Assembly: GCA_963720065.1 (NCBI GenBank)
Contig: CAVREH010000018.1
Coordinates: forward strand, 7,083-71,082
Direction of reading: 5' to 3'
Length of the DNA stretch: 64,000 nt
Origin: an uncultured Actinomycetes bacterium
GTDB lineage: Bacteria; Actinomycetota; Thermoleophilia; Gaiellales; Gaiellaceae
The notes beneath the pieces were generated by a model. That model searched no databases, was not told where the DNA came from, and worked only from the letters and a program-made list of their open reading frames with translations. A program made the translations under genes and the position numbers. Positions 20,968 through 31,402 of this stretch are shown here, piece after piece (within the stretch, counting starts at the first letter, position 1; each line of letters begins with the position of its first letter).

Positions 20968-21642
20968 ATGACTCGCGAACGCTGGATGGCTCTCTGCTTC
21001 GCCCTGGGGTCGACCTGCTTCCTGGTCGGCCCGTTCCCGGGCTACGCGCAACTCGTCGGCGAGCCGGCCGACGCCGTCACCTTCTTCGTCGGCTCGATCC
21101 TGTTCACCGCCGGTGGAGCGCTGCAGAGCCGGCTCGCCTGGCCGGGGAGGCGGCTCGCCGGCGGCGGGCGCGCGGCGTGGTGGGCGGCCCTCGTCCAGTC
21201 CGCCGGCACGCTCTTCTTCAACGTCACCACGTACCGGGCGATGCACGTCGCCCTCACGAATCCGGAGTACAACAGGCTCGTCTGGAGACCCGACTGGCGC
21301 GGCTCCATCTGTTTCCTCGTCTCCGGCGCGATCGCCTACCGGGCTTCGCACCGCCACGGCTGGCACGGCTGGCTGCCTGTACGCGGCGGGGCCGGCTGGT
21401 GGCAGCCGGCGGTCAATCTGCTCGGCTGCATCTTCTTCGGCATCTCCGCGGTCGCCGGGTATCTCGTGCCGGCGACCGGCTCGTTGCTCGACCAGGCAGC
21501 CGCCAACTGGAACACGGCGCTGGGCGCGGCGTGCTTCCTGGCCTGCGCGCTCGACACCCTGCACACCGACCGGGCCTCGAAGATGCCGCTTCGTCACCGG
21601 CTCCGGCAGCTCGAGCACGAGCTCGAGGGCGATCTGCGCTAG
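20968..21642 (+). CDS. hypothetical integral membrane protein (tentatively YrhK-like repeats)
   Basis: 224 aa with about 6 hydrophobic segments. The pattern GSxCFLVGP / GSICFLVSG recurs. The family assignment is not secure. Confidence 0.6.
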   Translation: MTRERWMALCFALGSTCFLVGPFPGYAQLVGEPADAVTFFVGSILFTAGGALQSRLAWPGRRLAGGGRAAWWAALVQSAGTLFFNVTTYRAMHVALTNPEYNRLVWRPDWRGSICFLVSGAIAYRASHRHGWHGWLPVRGGAGWWQPAVNLLGCIFFGISAVAGYLVPATGSLLDQAAANWNTALGAACFLACALDTLHTDRASKMPLRHRLRQLEHELEGDLR

Positions 21643-22016
21643 TCGGCGCGGGCGCCCTTCCCGAGTTGATCACGGCGCCAACGGGACCAGGGCCAGGTGC
21701 CGTCGATCTCCACGTCGAGCGAGAAGCTGAGCACGATACGGATGATCACGATTGCCCCGAGGACGACGACGCTGTCGAGCGTCTGGTCGACGATCACCGT
21801 CCTGATGATGTCGGCCATGATCAGCACCTCGAGCCCGAGGAGGATCGATCGGCCGAGATTGCGGCGAAGCCGCTCGTAGGTGCCGGGCCTCGTCGCTGGG
21901 TTCATCGCCGTGCGCGCCGCATCTGCGAGGGCACCGATGCCGCCGAGCACCATGATCCCCGCGCCGACGGCCTCTACCACGCTCACGACGTCGCTGACGC
22001 TGTGGTGGAACGTCAT
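21639..22016 (-). CDS. DUF1622-like small membrane protein
   Basis: 125 aa. ILLGLEVLIMADIIRTVIV...LGAIVIIRIVLSFSLDVEI resembles DUF1622 proteins. Confidence 0.65.
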   Translation of the reverse strand: MTFHHSVSDVVSVVEAVGAGIMVLGGIGALADAARTAMNPATRPGTYERLRRNLGRSILLGLEVLIMADIIRTVIVDQTLDSVVVLGAIVIIRIVLSFSLDVEIDGTWPWSRWRRDQLGKGARAD

Positions 22017-22113
22017 CTGAGCGAAACCGTACAGCCCTCACGCAGAACACGTGGCTCAGCGGCACTCGACGTTCTGATTGCTCGCAGGTCGTCGATTCAG
22101 GTGCAGCTCGGGT

Positions 22114-22553
22114 TCAGCCGGCGGCACCCCTCGAACCATCAGTAGGGGCGAGATGCTCGCCCTTGCGGGCCGCCTTTGCTCCGACGGCGATCCCGCCGAA
22201 GAGCGCCGTTCCCGTCACGGTGAGCGCGGGGGCAGCCGGGTCGTCGTGTTCAGGAGCCCGGGCGTCGACACCGCCGGCGAAAGCGTTCAGCTCGGATTCC
22301 GCGCGCCAGCTCGGCGGTGTCTCGATGTCGATTCCACCAAAGAGGGCGTACAAGGACAGTCGTGCCCGGGGGGCGAGCTCGACCTCGCGGAGATCGAGTT
22401 CGATGCCGCCGCCAGCAGCGACCCTCCTGTGGAGGCCCTCGCCCGGCTCCTGAGGTCGATGCCGTCGAAGACGGCGACGAGGCCGAGTTCGTCGGTCTCC
22501 TCGTCTCCGCACGAGGGTACCGCCCGCCGCACGAACGCGGCGGAGCCGATCAT
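22114..22553 (-). pseudogene. LiaF C-terminal-domain-like (DUF2154) protein, one frameshift ~22440
   Basis: Repeated beta-strand units LGLVAVFDGIDL, GGIELDLREVEL, LSLYALFGGIDIE and VTGTALFGGIAV are split between ORFs 22287-22553 and 22114-22512. Confidence 0.55.
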
Positions 22554-22825
22554 CCCTGTCCAGGCGCCGAGTGTAAAAGGGTGAAACCCCGGCCTCGGCT
22601 CATCCGGCTCGAGCGTATAGCGGGAGCGCTTGTTGAGCTCAGATCGTTCGCGGACCTTGGTGGCGGCGCGGTTGCGTCGAGCTGCACTCTGCGGGAAGCT
22701 CCTTCCGACAAGGAGGGTGAGCCATGGCGCTGCGAGGTCGCCGAGGCGCTCCTCGCAGATGTGGCGGAGCTTCTGGTGATGGACGTGGAGGTCTAGCCGC
22801 CGGATCGCCCGGCTACGCTAGATCG

Positions 22826-24142
22826 GTGCGCCGCTACCACGTCACGACCTTCGGCTGCCAGATGAACGCCCACGATTCCGAGCGGATCAAGGGCCTGCTC
22901 GAGGAGCTCGGGCTCGGCGAGGCGCCTTCGCAGGAGCAGGCGGACGTGATCGTCCTCAACACCTGCACGATCCGCGAGAAGCCGGATACGCGCTTCGCCG
23001 CCCACATGGGAAACGCGGCGAAGCTGAAGCGCGAGCGGCCGGGTACGGTCGTCGCGGTGGGCGGCTGCTACGCGGAGGCGCAGCGAGAGCGGTTGTTCGC
23101 GCTCTATCCGGACGTCGACGTCGCGTTCGGCCCCGGCACGATCTCGCACCTCGGGGACTGGCTCGGCGCCGGGGGCGAGGGGCTCGCCCGCGGCTCGTTC
23201 GGCACCGGCGAGGAGCGCGCCTTCGCGGCTCGGCTGCCCGTCCGGCGCGAGCGGCGCTTTCAGGCCTGGGTGCAGGTCTCGATGGGCTGCAACTCGGTCT
23301 GCTCCTACTGCATCGTGCCGGCCGTCCGCGGGCGCGAGACCTCGCGGCGTCCGGGCGAGGTCGTCGCGGAGATCGAACAGCTCGCCGTGGAGGGCGTCCG
23401 CGAGGTGACGTTGCTCGGCCAGAACGTCAACTCGTACGGCCGCGACGTGGGCTCGAGCTTCGCGGAGCTCCTGCGCGCAGTCGACGCCGTGCCGGGGATC
23501 GAGCGGATCCGCTTCACGAGCCCGCACCCGAAGGACTTCCGCCGTGACGTCATCGCCGCGATGGCCGAGTGCGCCGGCGTCTGCGAGCACGCGCACCTGC
23601 CGCTCCAGTCAGGGTCGACCCGGATCTTGAAGGCGATGCGGCGGACGTACTCGCGTGAGCGCTACCTGCGCCTCGTCGCCGAGTTGCGGGTCGCGATCCC
23701 GGATCTCGCTCTGACGACCGACATCATCGTCGGCTTCCCGGGCGAGACGGAGGACGACTTCCGAGAGACGCTCGAGGTCGTGGAGGAGGTCGGGTACGAC
23801 GGCGCCTTCACGTTCGTCTACTCGCCGCGCGCGGGCACCGAGGCGGCCGCGATGCCGGATCAGGTATCCGACGAGCTGAAGCGCGAGCGCATCGAGCGGC
23901 TCGTCGAGCTCGTGCAGCAGGTGGGTGCCCAGCGGAACGCAGCCCGCGTGGGGATGGTCGAGGAGGTGCTCGTCGAAGGCCCCAGCCGCACCGAGCCGGA
24001 GATCCTGCGCGGCCGGACGCGGCGGAACACGACCGTCAACTTCCGCGGCGAGGCCGCTCCCGGCGAGCTGGTGTCGGTCGCCATCGAGAGCGCGACGTCG
24101 ACGACCCTTGCCGGCGCGCAACTCGCGCTCGCCGCGGCCTAG
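22826..24142 (+). CDS. miaB: tRNA (N6-isopentenyl-A37) methylthiotransferase MiaB
   Basis: GTG 22826 gives MRRYHVTTFGCQMNAHDSE. Radical-SAM CNSVCSYCIVP and a TRAM domain are present. Intact. Confidence 0.93.
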   Translation: MRRYHVTTFGCQMNAHDSERIKGLLEELGLGEAPSQEQADVIVLNTCTIREKPDTRFAAHMGNAAKLKRERPGTVVAVGGCYAEAQRERLFALYPDVDVAFGPGTISHLGDWLGAGGEGLARGSFGTGEERAFAARLPVRRERRFQAWVQVSMGCNSVCSYCIVPAVRGRETSRRPGEVVAEIEQLAVEGVREVTLLGQNVNSYGRDVGSSFAELLRAVDAVPGIERIRFTSPHPKDFRRDVIAAMAECAGVCEHAHLPLQSGSTRILKAMRRTYSRERYLRLVAELRVAIPDLALTTDIIVGFPGETEDDFRETLEVVEEVGYDGAFTFVYSPRAGTEAAAMPDQVSDELKRERIERLVELVQQVGAQRNAARVGMVEEVLVEGPSRTEPEILRGRTRRNTTVNFRGEAAPGELVSVAIESATSTTLAGAQLALAAA

Positions 24143-24146
24143 ACCC

Positions 24147-25040
24147 GTGCCCGTCATCGGCGTGTTCGGGCCGACCGCGAGCGGCAAGTCGGACGTGGCG
24201 GCCGCCGTCGCGGAGCTGATCCCGGCCGAAGTCGTCTCCGCCGACGCGATGCAGGTCTACGACGGCCTGCCGATCCTCACGAACCGGTCGCCCAACCCGG
24301 AGCGGCTGGTCGGAATCTGGCCGCTCTCGCACGTAGCCTCGGTGGGGGAGTACGCGCCGCTCGCGCATGCTGCGGTCGACGAGATCCTGGCGGCCGGACG
24401 CACGCCGCTCGTCGTGGGCGGGACCGGCCTCTACTTCCGGGCTGCGCTCGCCGAGCTCGAGCTGCCTCCTGCGCCCGCACCTGGCGCCCGTGAGCGCTGG
24501 GAACGGCTGTACGACGAGGGCGGTGCGGATGCTGCGCACGCGCGGCTCCGGGAGCTCGACGCAGCGGCCGCGGCGCGAATCCACGCGAACGACCGCAGGC
24601 GTGTCGTCCGGGCGCTCGAGCTCGCAGAGGGAGGCCGGTCGCTCGTCCCGCTCGCCGACGCACTGTTCGGCGGCGCGTGGCGGCATCCGACCCTTCTCGT
24701 GGGGCTCGACGTGCCGAAGCCCGAGCTGGAGCGGAGAATCGCGGAACGGACGAGGCGAATGTTCGACGCCGGCGTCGAGGATGAGGTGCGCAACGCGCTG
24801 CTCGCCGACCTGTCCGTGACCGCGCTGAAGATCATCGGGCTTCAGGAGGTCGCGGCGCTCCCGCGCGAAGAGGCGATCGAGGCACTCATCGTTCGCACGC
24901 GGCGCTACGCCGCCTATCAGCGCAAGTGGCTGCGGCGCCTGGACGGTCTCGTTATCGTCGCGGCCGACCGGCCGTCGGAGGAGACCGCAGCTGAGATCGT
25001 CACGCTGGCACGCACACGGGAACATCTATCTCGTCCATGA
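24147..25040 (+). CDS. miaA: tRNA dimethylallyltransferase MiaA
   Basis: GTG 24147 gives MPVIGVFGPTASGKSDVA (P-loop), followed by DAMQVYDGLPILTN. Intact, ~297 aa. Confidence 0.92.
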   Translation: MPVIGVFGPTASGKSDVAAAVAELIPAEVVSADAMQVYDGLPILTNRSPNPERLVGIWPLSHVASVGEYAPLAHAAVDEILAAGRTPLVVGGTGLYFRAALAELELPPAPAPGARERWERLYDEGGADAAHARLRELDAAAAARIHANDRRRVVRALELAEGGRSLVPLADALFGGAWRHPTLLVGLDVPKPELERRIAERTRRMFDAGVEDEVRNALLADLSVTALKIIGLQEVAALPREEAIEALIVRTRRYAAYQRKWLRRLDGLVIVAADRPSEETAAEIVTLARTREHLSRP

Positions 25041-25707
25041 GGGGCCCGCGGGCAACCTTGACCTGTCCGGGACGGACGGCGCGGTCGAGGTGCTCTCCGT
25101 CGAGGGCGACGAGGTGACGATCGGCATCGTCAACCCGGACGGTTCCCGGGCCGAGATGTCCGGCAACGGGACGCGCATCGCTGCCGCGTGGCTCATGTCG
25201 CGCACGGGCGCGCCGGCCGCGCGTGTGCGCGTGGGGCTGCGCACGGTGGCCGTGCGGCGCACGGAGGACGGTCTCTACGAATCGGAGCTCGGTCCGGTGG
25301 AGGTCGGGGCGCCTGAGCTCGTCGACGGGGTCGAGCTGATCGCCGTCTCGGTGGGGAACCCCCATGCTGTCATCACGGCGGATCCGAGCCGGATCGGGGA
25401 GCTCGGCCCGCGGCTCGAAGCGCATCCGCGCTTTCCCGAGCGGACGAACGTGCAGGTCGCGCGAGTGGAGCGGCCGGGCGAGGTGACCGCCCGCGTCTGG
25501 GAACGCGGGGTGGGGGAGACTGCGGCGTCCGGGACGAGCGCGGTTGCCGTGGCTGCGGCGACACACGGCGACGGCGAGGTCCTCGTCCACTTCCCCGGCG
25601 GCGACCTGCGTGTGCGACTCGTCGACGGCCGAGCGTGGCTCACGGGGCCGGCGGAGCCGCTCGACGACTTGGCGGGCTCCCGCGAAGAAGCTTCGACGGA
25701 TTCGTAG
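25006..25707 (+). CDS. dapF: diaminopimelate epimerase DapF (5' end unresolved)
   Basis: WHAHGNIYLVHE..., NPDGSRAEMSGNGTR, SVGNPHAV and WERGVGETAASGTSA are present (both catalytic regions). There is no ATG/GTG/TTG in frame upstream of 25090, although homology extends to ~25006. This implies a non-canonical start or an indel. Confidence 0.8.
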   Translation, partial: WHAHGNIYLVHEGPAGNLDLSGTDGAVEVLSVEGDEVTIGIVNPDGSRAEMSGNGTRIAAAWLMSRTGAPAARVRVGLRTVAVRRTEDGLYESELGPVEVGAPELVDGVELIAVSVGNPHAVITADPSRIGELGPRLEAHPRFPERTNVQVARVERPGEVTARVWERGVGETAASGTSAVAVAAATHGDGEVLVHFPGGDLRVRLVDGRAWLTGPAEPLDDLAGSREEASTDS

Positions 25708-25815
25708 CACCTTCGAAGGTATCGTCATCTTCGAGGGCGGAGGGAAAACACCCCACCCAGGGTGGGGTGTGCTCGATGAGCCGCTTGGATCGCGGCCGCG
25801 GAGCAGCTGCCCGGG

Positions 25816-26301
25816 CTAGAGCGAGAAATCAACTGGAGGCATCCGCTCCGGTGGCTCGACCGCCTCCACGAGGAAGCCGAGCGAGTCCGTGGTGTCGAAG
25901 TACGCGGCTGCGCCGTCTCCGTCGGCGCCGAACGAGTGGATGCGCGCCACGGCGGGATGGCCGGCGGCCTCCATCTCGGTCGTGACGCGCTCGAGCGACT
26001 CGACGACGTACCCCACGTGGTGGAATCCCTCGCCGCGCTCGGCCAGCCAGTCGGCATGAATGCTCGGGCCTTCCTGCGGCTCGATCAGCTCGTACTGGGG
26101 GCTGCGATTGTTGAGGGCGAGGCGCAGCGTCCACTCGGCGGGCACGCCGTTGTACTCACGACCCTCGCCCTGCGGCCCGAACAGCCAACCGCGCCACGGC
26201 CCGGCGCCGAGCTTCTCGTCGAACTCTCGCACGGCACGGTCGAGGTCACGCACGACGAACCCGATCTGGAACGGGGCGAGGCCGGCCAGTGACGGCACCA
26301 C
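25816..26301 (-). CDS. VOC (glyoxalase/bleomycin resistance/dioxygenase) family protein
   Basis: 161 aa. IGFVVRDLDRAVREF..., YELIEP and FHHVGYVVESLE fit a typical VOC fold. Confidence 0.8.
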   Translation of the reverse strand: MVPSLAGLAPFQIGFVVRDLDRAVREFDEKLGAGPWRGWLFGPQGEGREYNGVPAEWTLRLALNNRSPQYELIEPQEGPSIHADWLAERGEGFHHVGYVVESLERVTTEMEAAGHPAVARIHSFGADGDGAAAYFDTTDSLGFLVEAVEPPERMPPVDFSL

Positions 26302-26303
26302 GA

Positions 26304-27051
26304 TCAGGCGCCGATCTCGAACTCGCGCAGCACGTCGTTCAGGCTCGTCTTCAGATCCGTCTGGGCGCTCCGCCAGCCGATGATGAGCGCGCAGGCGACC
26401 TCGTACGTTCCCGCCGGGAACTCCTTCGGTCGCGTGCCGGGCACGACGACCGCCCGCGGCGGAACGTAGCCGCGGTGCTCGACCGGCTCAGGCCCGGTCA
26501 CGTCGATCATCGGCACCGACCCCGTCAGCGAGACGTTCGGCGCGAGCACGGCGCGTTCGCCGATCAGCACGCCCTCCGTGAGGATGCAGCGCGAGCCGAC
26601 GAAGGCCCCGTCCTCGACGATCACCGGGTCGCGCCTGCAGCGGCTCGAGGACGCCGCCGATCCCGACGCCGCCGGCGAGATGGACGTCGGCCCCGATCTG
26701 CGCACACGAGCCGACCGTCGCCCAGGTGTCGACCATCGTGTTCGGGCCCGACCCAGGCGCCGATGTTCACGTAGCTCGGCATCAGGATCACGCCGGGGGA
26801 GAGGAACGACCCGTAGCGCGCCGTCGCCGGCGGCACGACCCGCACGCCGCGCGCGGCGTAGTCGTGCTTGAGCGGGATCTTGTCGAGGTACTCGAACGGC
26901 CCGACCTCGATGCGGCTCGACCTTCCGCACCCGGAAGTACTCGAGGATCGCCGCCTTGCGCCTCTTCGTTCACGCGCCAGTCGCCGTCGACCTTCTCCGC
27001 CACCCGCACCTCGCCGCGGTCGAGCGCCGCGATCGTCGCCTCGACGTCCAT
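26304..27051 (-). pseudogene. dapD: 2,3,4,5-tetrahydropyridine-2,6-dicarboxylate N-succinyltransferase DapD, ~4 frameshifts
   Basis: Homologous pieces occupy three frames. They are [122 protein letters not shown] and [19 protein letters not shown]...REFEIGA. Confidence 0.85.
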
Positions 27052-28130
27052 CACGCGACCTCCCGCATGATCTCCGCCGCGCGCTCGCACTCCTCGAGCG
27101 TCGGCACGAGCGCGAAGCGGACGTAGCCCTCGCCGCTCGGCCCGAACATCTCGCCCGGGGAGACGATGATGCCGCGCTCGAGCAGCGCGGCCGGATCCGG
27201 CCCGACGACCCACAGGTACATCGTCGCCTCGCTCGCGACGATCTCCCAGCCGCGGCCTCGATCGCCGGGATCAGCACGTCTCGCTTCGCGCGATAGCGCG
27301 CGCCGGGTCTCCTCGACGTGACGCTCGTCGTTCCAGGCCGCGACGGACGCGCGCTGCACGAACTCCTGCGGCGCCGTCCCACCGTGGGGCGGTACGCCTT
27401 CAGCGCCGCGACGATCTCCGGCGGGCCTGCGACGAACCCCGAGCGGTAGCCGGTCATCGACGAGCGCTTGCTCAGCGTGTGGAAGACGACGACGCGCGAG
27501 CGGTCGGCCGCCTGCAGCGCCGACGGCGGCGGCTCGTCGAACCAGAGCTCCGAGTACGCCTCGTCGGAGCCGACGACGAAGTCGTGCCGCTCCGCCGCCT
27601 CCGCGAGCTCCTCGTAGAACTCGAGCGACGCGACCGCGCCGGTCGGGTTGTGCGGGTAGTTGACCCAGACGAGCGCGACGTCGTCGTCGAGCTCGCTCGA
27701 GATCGGGGAGGAAGCCGTTCTCGCGCCGCAGCGGCAGCGTCCGCACCGGCGCGCCGGCGAACAGCGCGCCGCGCTCGTAGACCGGGTACGCCGGCTCGCC
27801 GAACGCGACGACGCTGCCCGCCGAGTCGAGACCTGCGCGAGGGAGAAGATCGCCTCCTTCGAGCCGTACGTCGGCACGATCTCGCGTCTCCGGATCGACC
27901 GCGACGCCGAAACGCCGGTCGAGCCAGCCGGCAGCCGCCTCGCGCAGCTCCGGCAGCCCCTGCGCGAGCGGATACGGCGCCCGCTCGGGCAGCGCGTCGA
28001 CGAGCGCCTGGCGGATCATCGGATCGGTCGGCTCGTTCGGATCGCCCTTGCCGAAGTCGATCACGTCGACGCCGGCGGCCACGAGCCTCCGCCGCTCCTC
28101 CTCGAGCCGGGCGAACGGATACACGGCCAT
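27051..28130 (-). pseudogene. class I aminotransferase (N-succinyldiaminopimelate aminotransferase DapC-type), ~6 frameshifts
   Basis: The reading alternates between ORFs 27051-28130 and 26621-27877. Pieces are [65 protein letters not shown] and MYLWV...GYVRFALV. Confidence 0.8.
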
Positions 28131-28165
28131 CTCGGCCAGGACCGGATTGAGTCACGCAGAGGAAC

Positions 28166-29177
28166 CTAGCCAGCGTGTCGTACACCGCGTGCAGGTTCGC
28201 GATCGGGATCTGCTCGTCCTGCCGGTGCGCGTACGCCGTCGCGCCGGGGCCGTAGTTGATCGCGTCGATCCCCTGCTCGGCGAACTGCGCCACCGGCGTC
28301 CATGCCTGCTTCGGCGCGACCTCGGGCACGAGCTCGCGCAGCCGGTCGACGAGCGGGTTCCCGAGCGCCGGCGGCGCCGACGGCGAGTTGTGGAGCACGT
28401 GCAGCTCGCCGTCCGGCACGAGCTCGCGCAGCCGTGCCTCCGCCTCGGCGCGTGAGCGGCCGGGCGCGAAGCGGAAGTTGAGCTCCGCCGAGGCCTCGGC
28501 GGGCACGACGTTCTGCGCGATCCCGCCCTCGATCCGCACCGCGCTCAGCACCTCGCGGTAGACGAGCCCGTCGAGCTCCACGTCGAGCGGCTCGAGACGG
28601 GCGAGGGGCGCGAGACCCTCCACGAGCGCGTGGATCGCGTTGCGGCCCGTCCACGGCCGGGCGGAGTGTGCGCTCTCGCCGTGGAACTCGACGCGGGCCT
28701 GGAGATTGCCGAGGCAGCCGGCATGGAGGATCGCATCCGTGGGCTCGAGCACCACGGCGAGCTCGGTCCCGGTGAGCACGCCGCTCGCGAAGACCGCCGG
28801 GAGCGGGCTCTCCTCGAGCAGCGACCTCCTCCCGCGTGAAGAAGACGTAGCGCGCCGGCGCCGCCGCCGCGCGCGAGCTCGAGCATCACCGCCACGCCGC
28901 CCTTCATGTCGCTCGCGCCGAGGCCGTGTACGGCGCCGTCGGCGATCCGGCCCGGCAGGTTCTCCTGCGCCGGCACCGTGTCGACGTGTCCGGCGAGCGC
29001 GACCGGCGCCGCGGCGTCGCCCCAGACGATCGCCTCGCCGTCGTCGTAGAGCGGCTCGCCGGGCAGGAGGCTGCGCACGAGCTCCATCGCCGCGTCCTCG
29101 TGGCGGCTCTCCGAGGGAATGTCGACGAGCTCGAGCGTGCGGGCCGCGAGATCGGAAGCTGGCATGGCAGGAGTCAT
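28166..29177 (-). pseudogene. dapE: succinyl-diaminopimelate desuccinylase DapE (M20 family), at least 2 frameshifts, 3' end uncertain
   Basis: N-terminal piece: LAGHVDTVPA...GLGASDMKGGVAVMLELA (ORF 28545-29177). Then YVFFTREE, then LLEESPL...HGESAHSARPW...GGIAQNVVP...INYGPG in the 27472-29748 frame. The native stop is not resolvable (28140-28170). Confidence 0.8.
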
Positions 29178-29189
29178 AATGACCGCCGG

Positions 29190-30503
29190 ATGGGTCGAGG
29201 ACAGCCCGATCGCTCCTGGGCGGCCGAGCCCGAGCGCGGGCTCCTCCTCGCCGTGCTCGCACCCGGAGCCGACGGCGCCGACGAGCTGGCCGAGCTCGAG
29301 GAGCTCGCGCGGACGGCGCGTCGTCGAGCCGGTCGAGGCAGGTCGTCCAGCACCGGCGCATGCCCGACGCGCGCACGTACGTCGGCAAGGGCAAGCTCGA
29401 GGAGCTCGAGCAGGCGTACGGCGACGCCAGGCCGAGGTGCTGATCGTCGACGACGAGCTCGAGCCCGCCGCAGCAGCGGGCGCTCGAGAACGCGCTCCAA
29501 GCGCGGGTCGTCGACCGCACGCAGCTGATCCTCGACATCTTCGCGCAGCACGCGATCAGTGCCGAGGGACAGCTCCAGGTCGAGCTCGCGCAGCTCGAAT
29601 ACAACCTCCCGCGGATGCGAGGGATGTGGCAGCACCTCGAGCGGCTCGGCGGCGGCGTCGGCACTCGCGGCCCGGGCGAGTCGCAGCTCGAGACGGACCG
29701 GCGGCTGGCGCGTCGCCGCGTCACGCTGCTCCGCGAGCGGCTGCGCAAGCTAGCCGCCAGCGCGACGTCCGGCGCAAGGAGCGGCGGCGCACCGACGACA
29801 CCGACGGTGGCGCTGGCCGGCTACACGAACGCCGGCAAGTCGACGCTCCTCAACGCGCTCACGGACGCGGGCGTCTCGGTCCGCGACCGTCTGTTCGAGA
29901 CGCTCGATCCGGTGACGCGCGGGTTCGAGCAAGAGGGCCGCCGCTACCTCGTCACCGACACCGTCGGCTTCGTCCGGCGCCTGCCCCACCAGCTCGTCGA
30001 GGGGTTCGCGGCGACGCTCGAGGAGACGCTCGTCGCCGACCTCGTCCTGCACGTCGTCGACGGGTCGGCCTCCGAGCAGCAGCTCGTCGAGCAGATCGCG
30101 GCCGTCGACGACGTCCTGCGGGAGATCGGCGCCGACGGAGCTGCCCATCGAGCTCGTCGTCAACAAGATCGATGCCGTCGACACGCTCGGCCGGCGCAGG
30201 CTCGGGAACCGGTATCCGGACGCGCTGCAGATCTCCGCGCTCACCGGCGAGGGGCTCGACGAGCTGCGGGCGCGGATCGCCGAGCGCTTCGGCGAGCGGT
30301 TCGAGCGCGTCCGCCTCCTCCTGCCCTACGACGAAGGGGGACGGTTGAACGAGCTCTATGCGCTCGGCGCTCCGATCGACGAGCGCGAGGACACGGCGGA
30401 GGGGGTGCTCGTCGTCGCGCGCCTGCCGCGGCGCGAGCTGCACCGTTTCGCCTCCTACCTGATCGCCGAAGAGGCTCCCAAACGCCGCCGGAAGGGCGCG
30501 TGA
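29190..30503 (+). pseudogene. hflX: GTPase HflX, at least 7 frameshifts
   Basis: Pieces lie in all three frames. They are ERGLLLAVLAPG...[118 protein letters not shown] and [12 protein letters not shown]... Confidence 0.85.
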
Positions 30504-30934
30504 CCGAGCTACCCGTGCAGCGCCTCCACGACGGCGCGACCCTGCCGACGCGGGCGTACGACGGCGACGCCGGCCTCGATCTCTCGGCGTGCGAGCGCGT
30601 CGAGCTCGGCCCGGGGGAGAGGGCCGCGGTCGGGACCGGCCTCTCCGTGGCGATCCCCGCCGGCCATGCCGGCTTCGTCCAGCCGCGCTCGGGCCTGGCG
30701 GCCCGGCACGGCATCACGGTCCTGAACACGCCGGGCCTCGTCGACGCCGGCTACCGCGGCGAGCTCAAGGTCGTGCTGCTCAACACCGACCGGAACGAGC
30801 CGTTCGTCGTCGAGCCGGGAATGCGCATCGCGCAGCTCGTCGTCGTCCCCGTGGCCCTGCCGGAGCCGCGGGAAGTCACGGAGCTCCCGGACAGCGAGCG
30901 CGGCGAGAAAGGCTTCGGCAGCTCGGCCCACTGA
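30500..30934 (+). CDS. dut: dUTP diphosphatase
   Basis: GTG 30500 overlaps the hflX stop (GTGA). [36 protein letters not shown] and RGEKGFGSS motifs are present. Intact, 144 aa. Confidence 0.93.
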   Translation: MTELPVQRLHDGATLPTRAYDGDAGLDLSACERVELGPGERAAVGTGLSVAIPAGHAGFVQPRSGLAARHGITVLNTPGLVDAGYRGELKVVLLNTDRNEPFVVEPGMRIAQLVVVPVALPEPREVTELPDSERGEKGFGSSAH

Positions 30935-31394
30935 TGCCGCTCGAGCCGCGCATCCGGGTCTCGGCCGTCCTCCGCTGGGAGGGACGCGTCCTCCTCTGCC
31001 GGCACGAGAAGTCCGGGCGCGGCGAGTACTGGCTCCTGCCCGGCGGGGGAGTGAACAGCGGCGAGAGCCTCGTCGACGGGCTGCGGCGGGAGCTCGCCGA
31101 GGAGGTGGGCATCGGCGACGACCTCACGTTCGAGGGGCCGGTCGCCGTCGTCGACTCGATCGCGCCGAAGCGCGCCTTCGTCGGGAAGCACGTCGTGCAC
31201 ATCATCTTCGCCGCCGATCTCTCGGGCCGGTCGCTCGAGCGGGTCACCTCGAGCGACGCGGCCGTGCGCGGCCACCGGCTCTTCGATCCGCCGACCTGGA
31301 CGACGTCGTCGTGCACCCGCCGATCCAGCGCTTCCTCGGCCGCTGGCAACCCGGCGACCCGGCCGTCTATCTCGGAGCTCTGTGGGCGCCGTGA
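30934..31394 (+). pseudogene. NUDIX hydrolase, one frameshift ~31285
   Basis: The ATG overlaps the dut stop (TGATG). The Nudix box is GGGVNSGESLVDGLRRELAEEVG. The C-terminus continues in another frame (DLDDVVVHPPIQRFLGRWQPGDPAVYLGALWAP, stop 31392-31394). Confidence 0.8.
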
Positions 31395-31402
31395 GGTCGT
31401 AG

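Noticed and set aside
18852-20969. 705-aa ORF antisense to rny, and similar long shadow ORFs (925-1740, 7667-9313, 15446-16801, 10660-12582 upstream part, 46860-47864)
   Set aside because: They lie opposite well-supported genes. They are dominated by Arg/Gly/Pro/Ala/Asp runs, have no recognisable domains and no plausible ribosome-binding sites.
27472-29748. 758-aa ORF on the - strand
   Set aside because: It is a chimera. It holds an in-frame DapE segment flanked by out-of-frame read-through of the aminotransferase gene and antisense hflX. Much of it is Arg/Pro/Ala low complexity.
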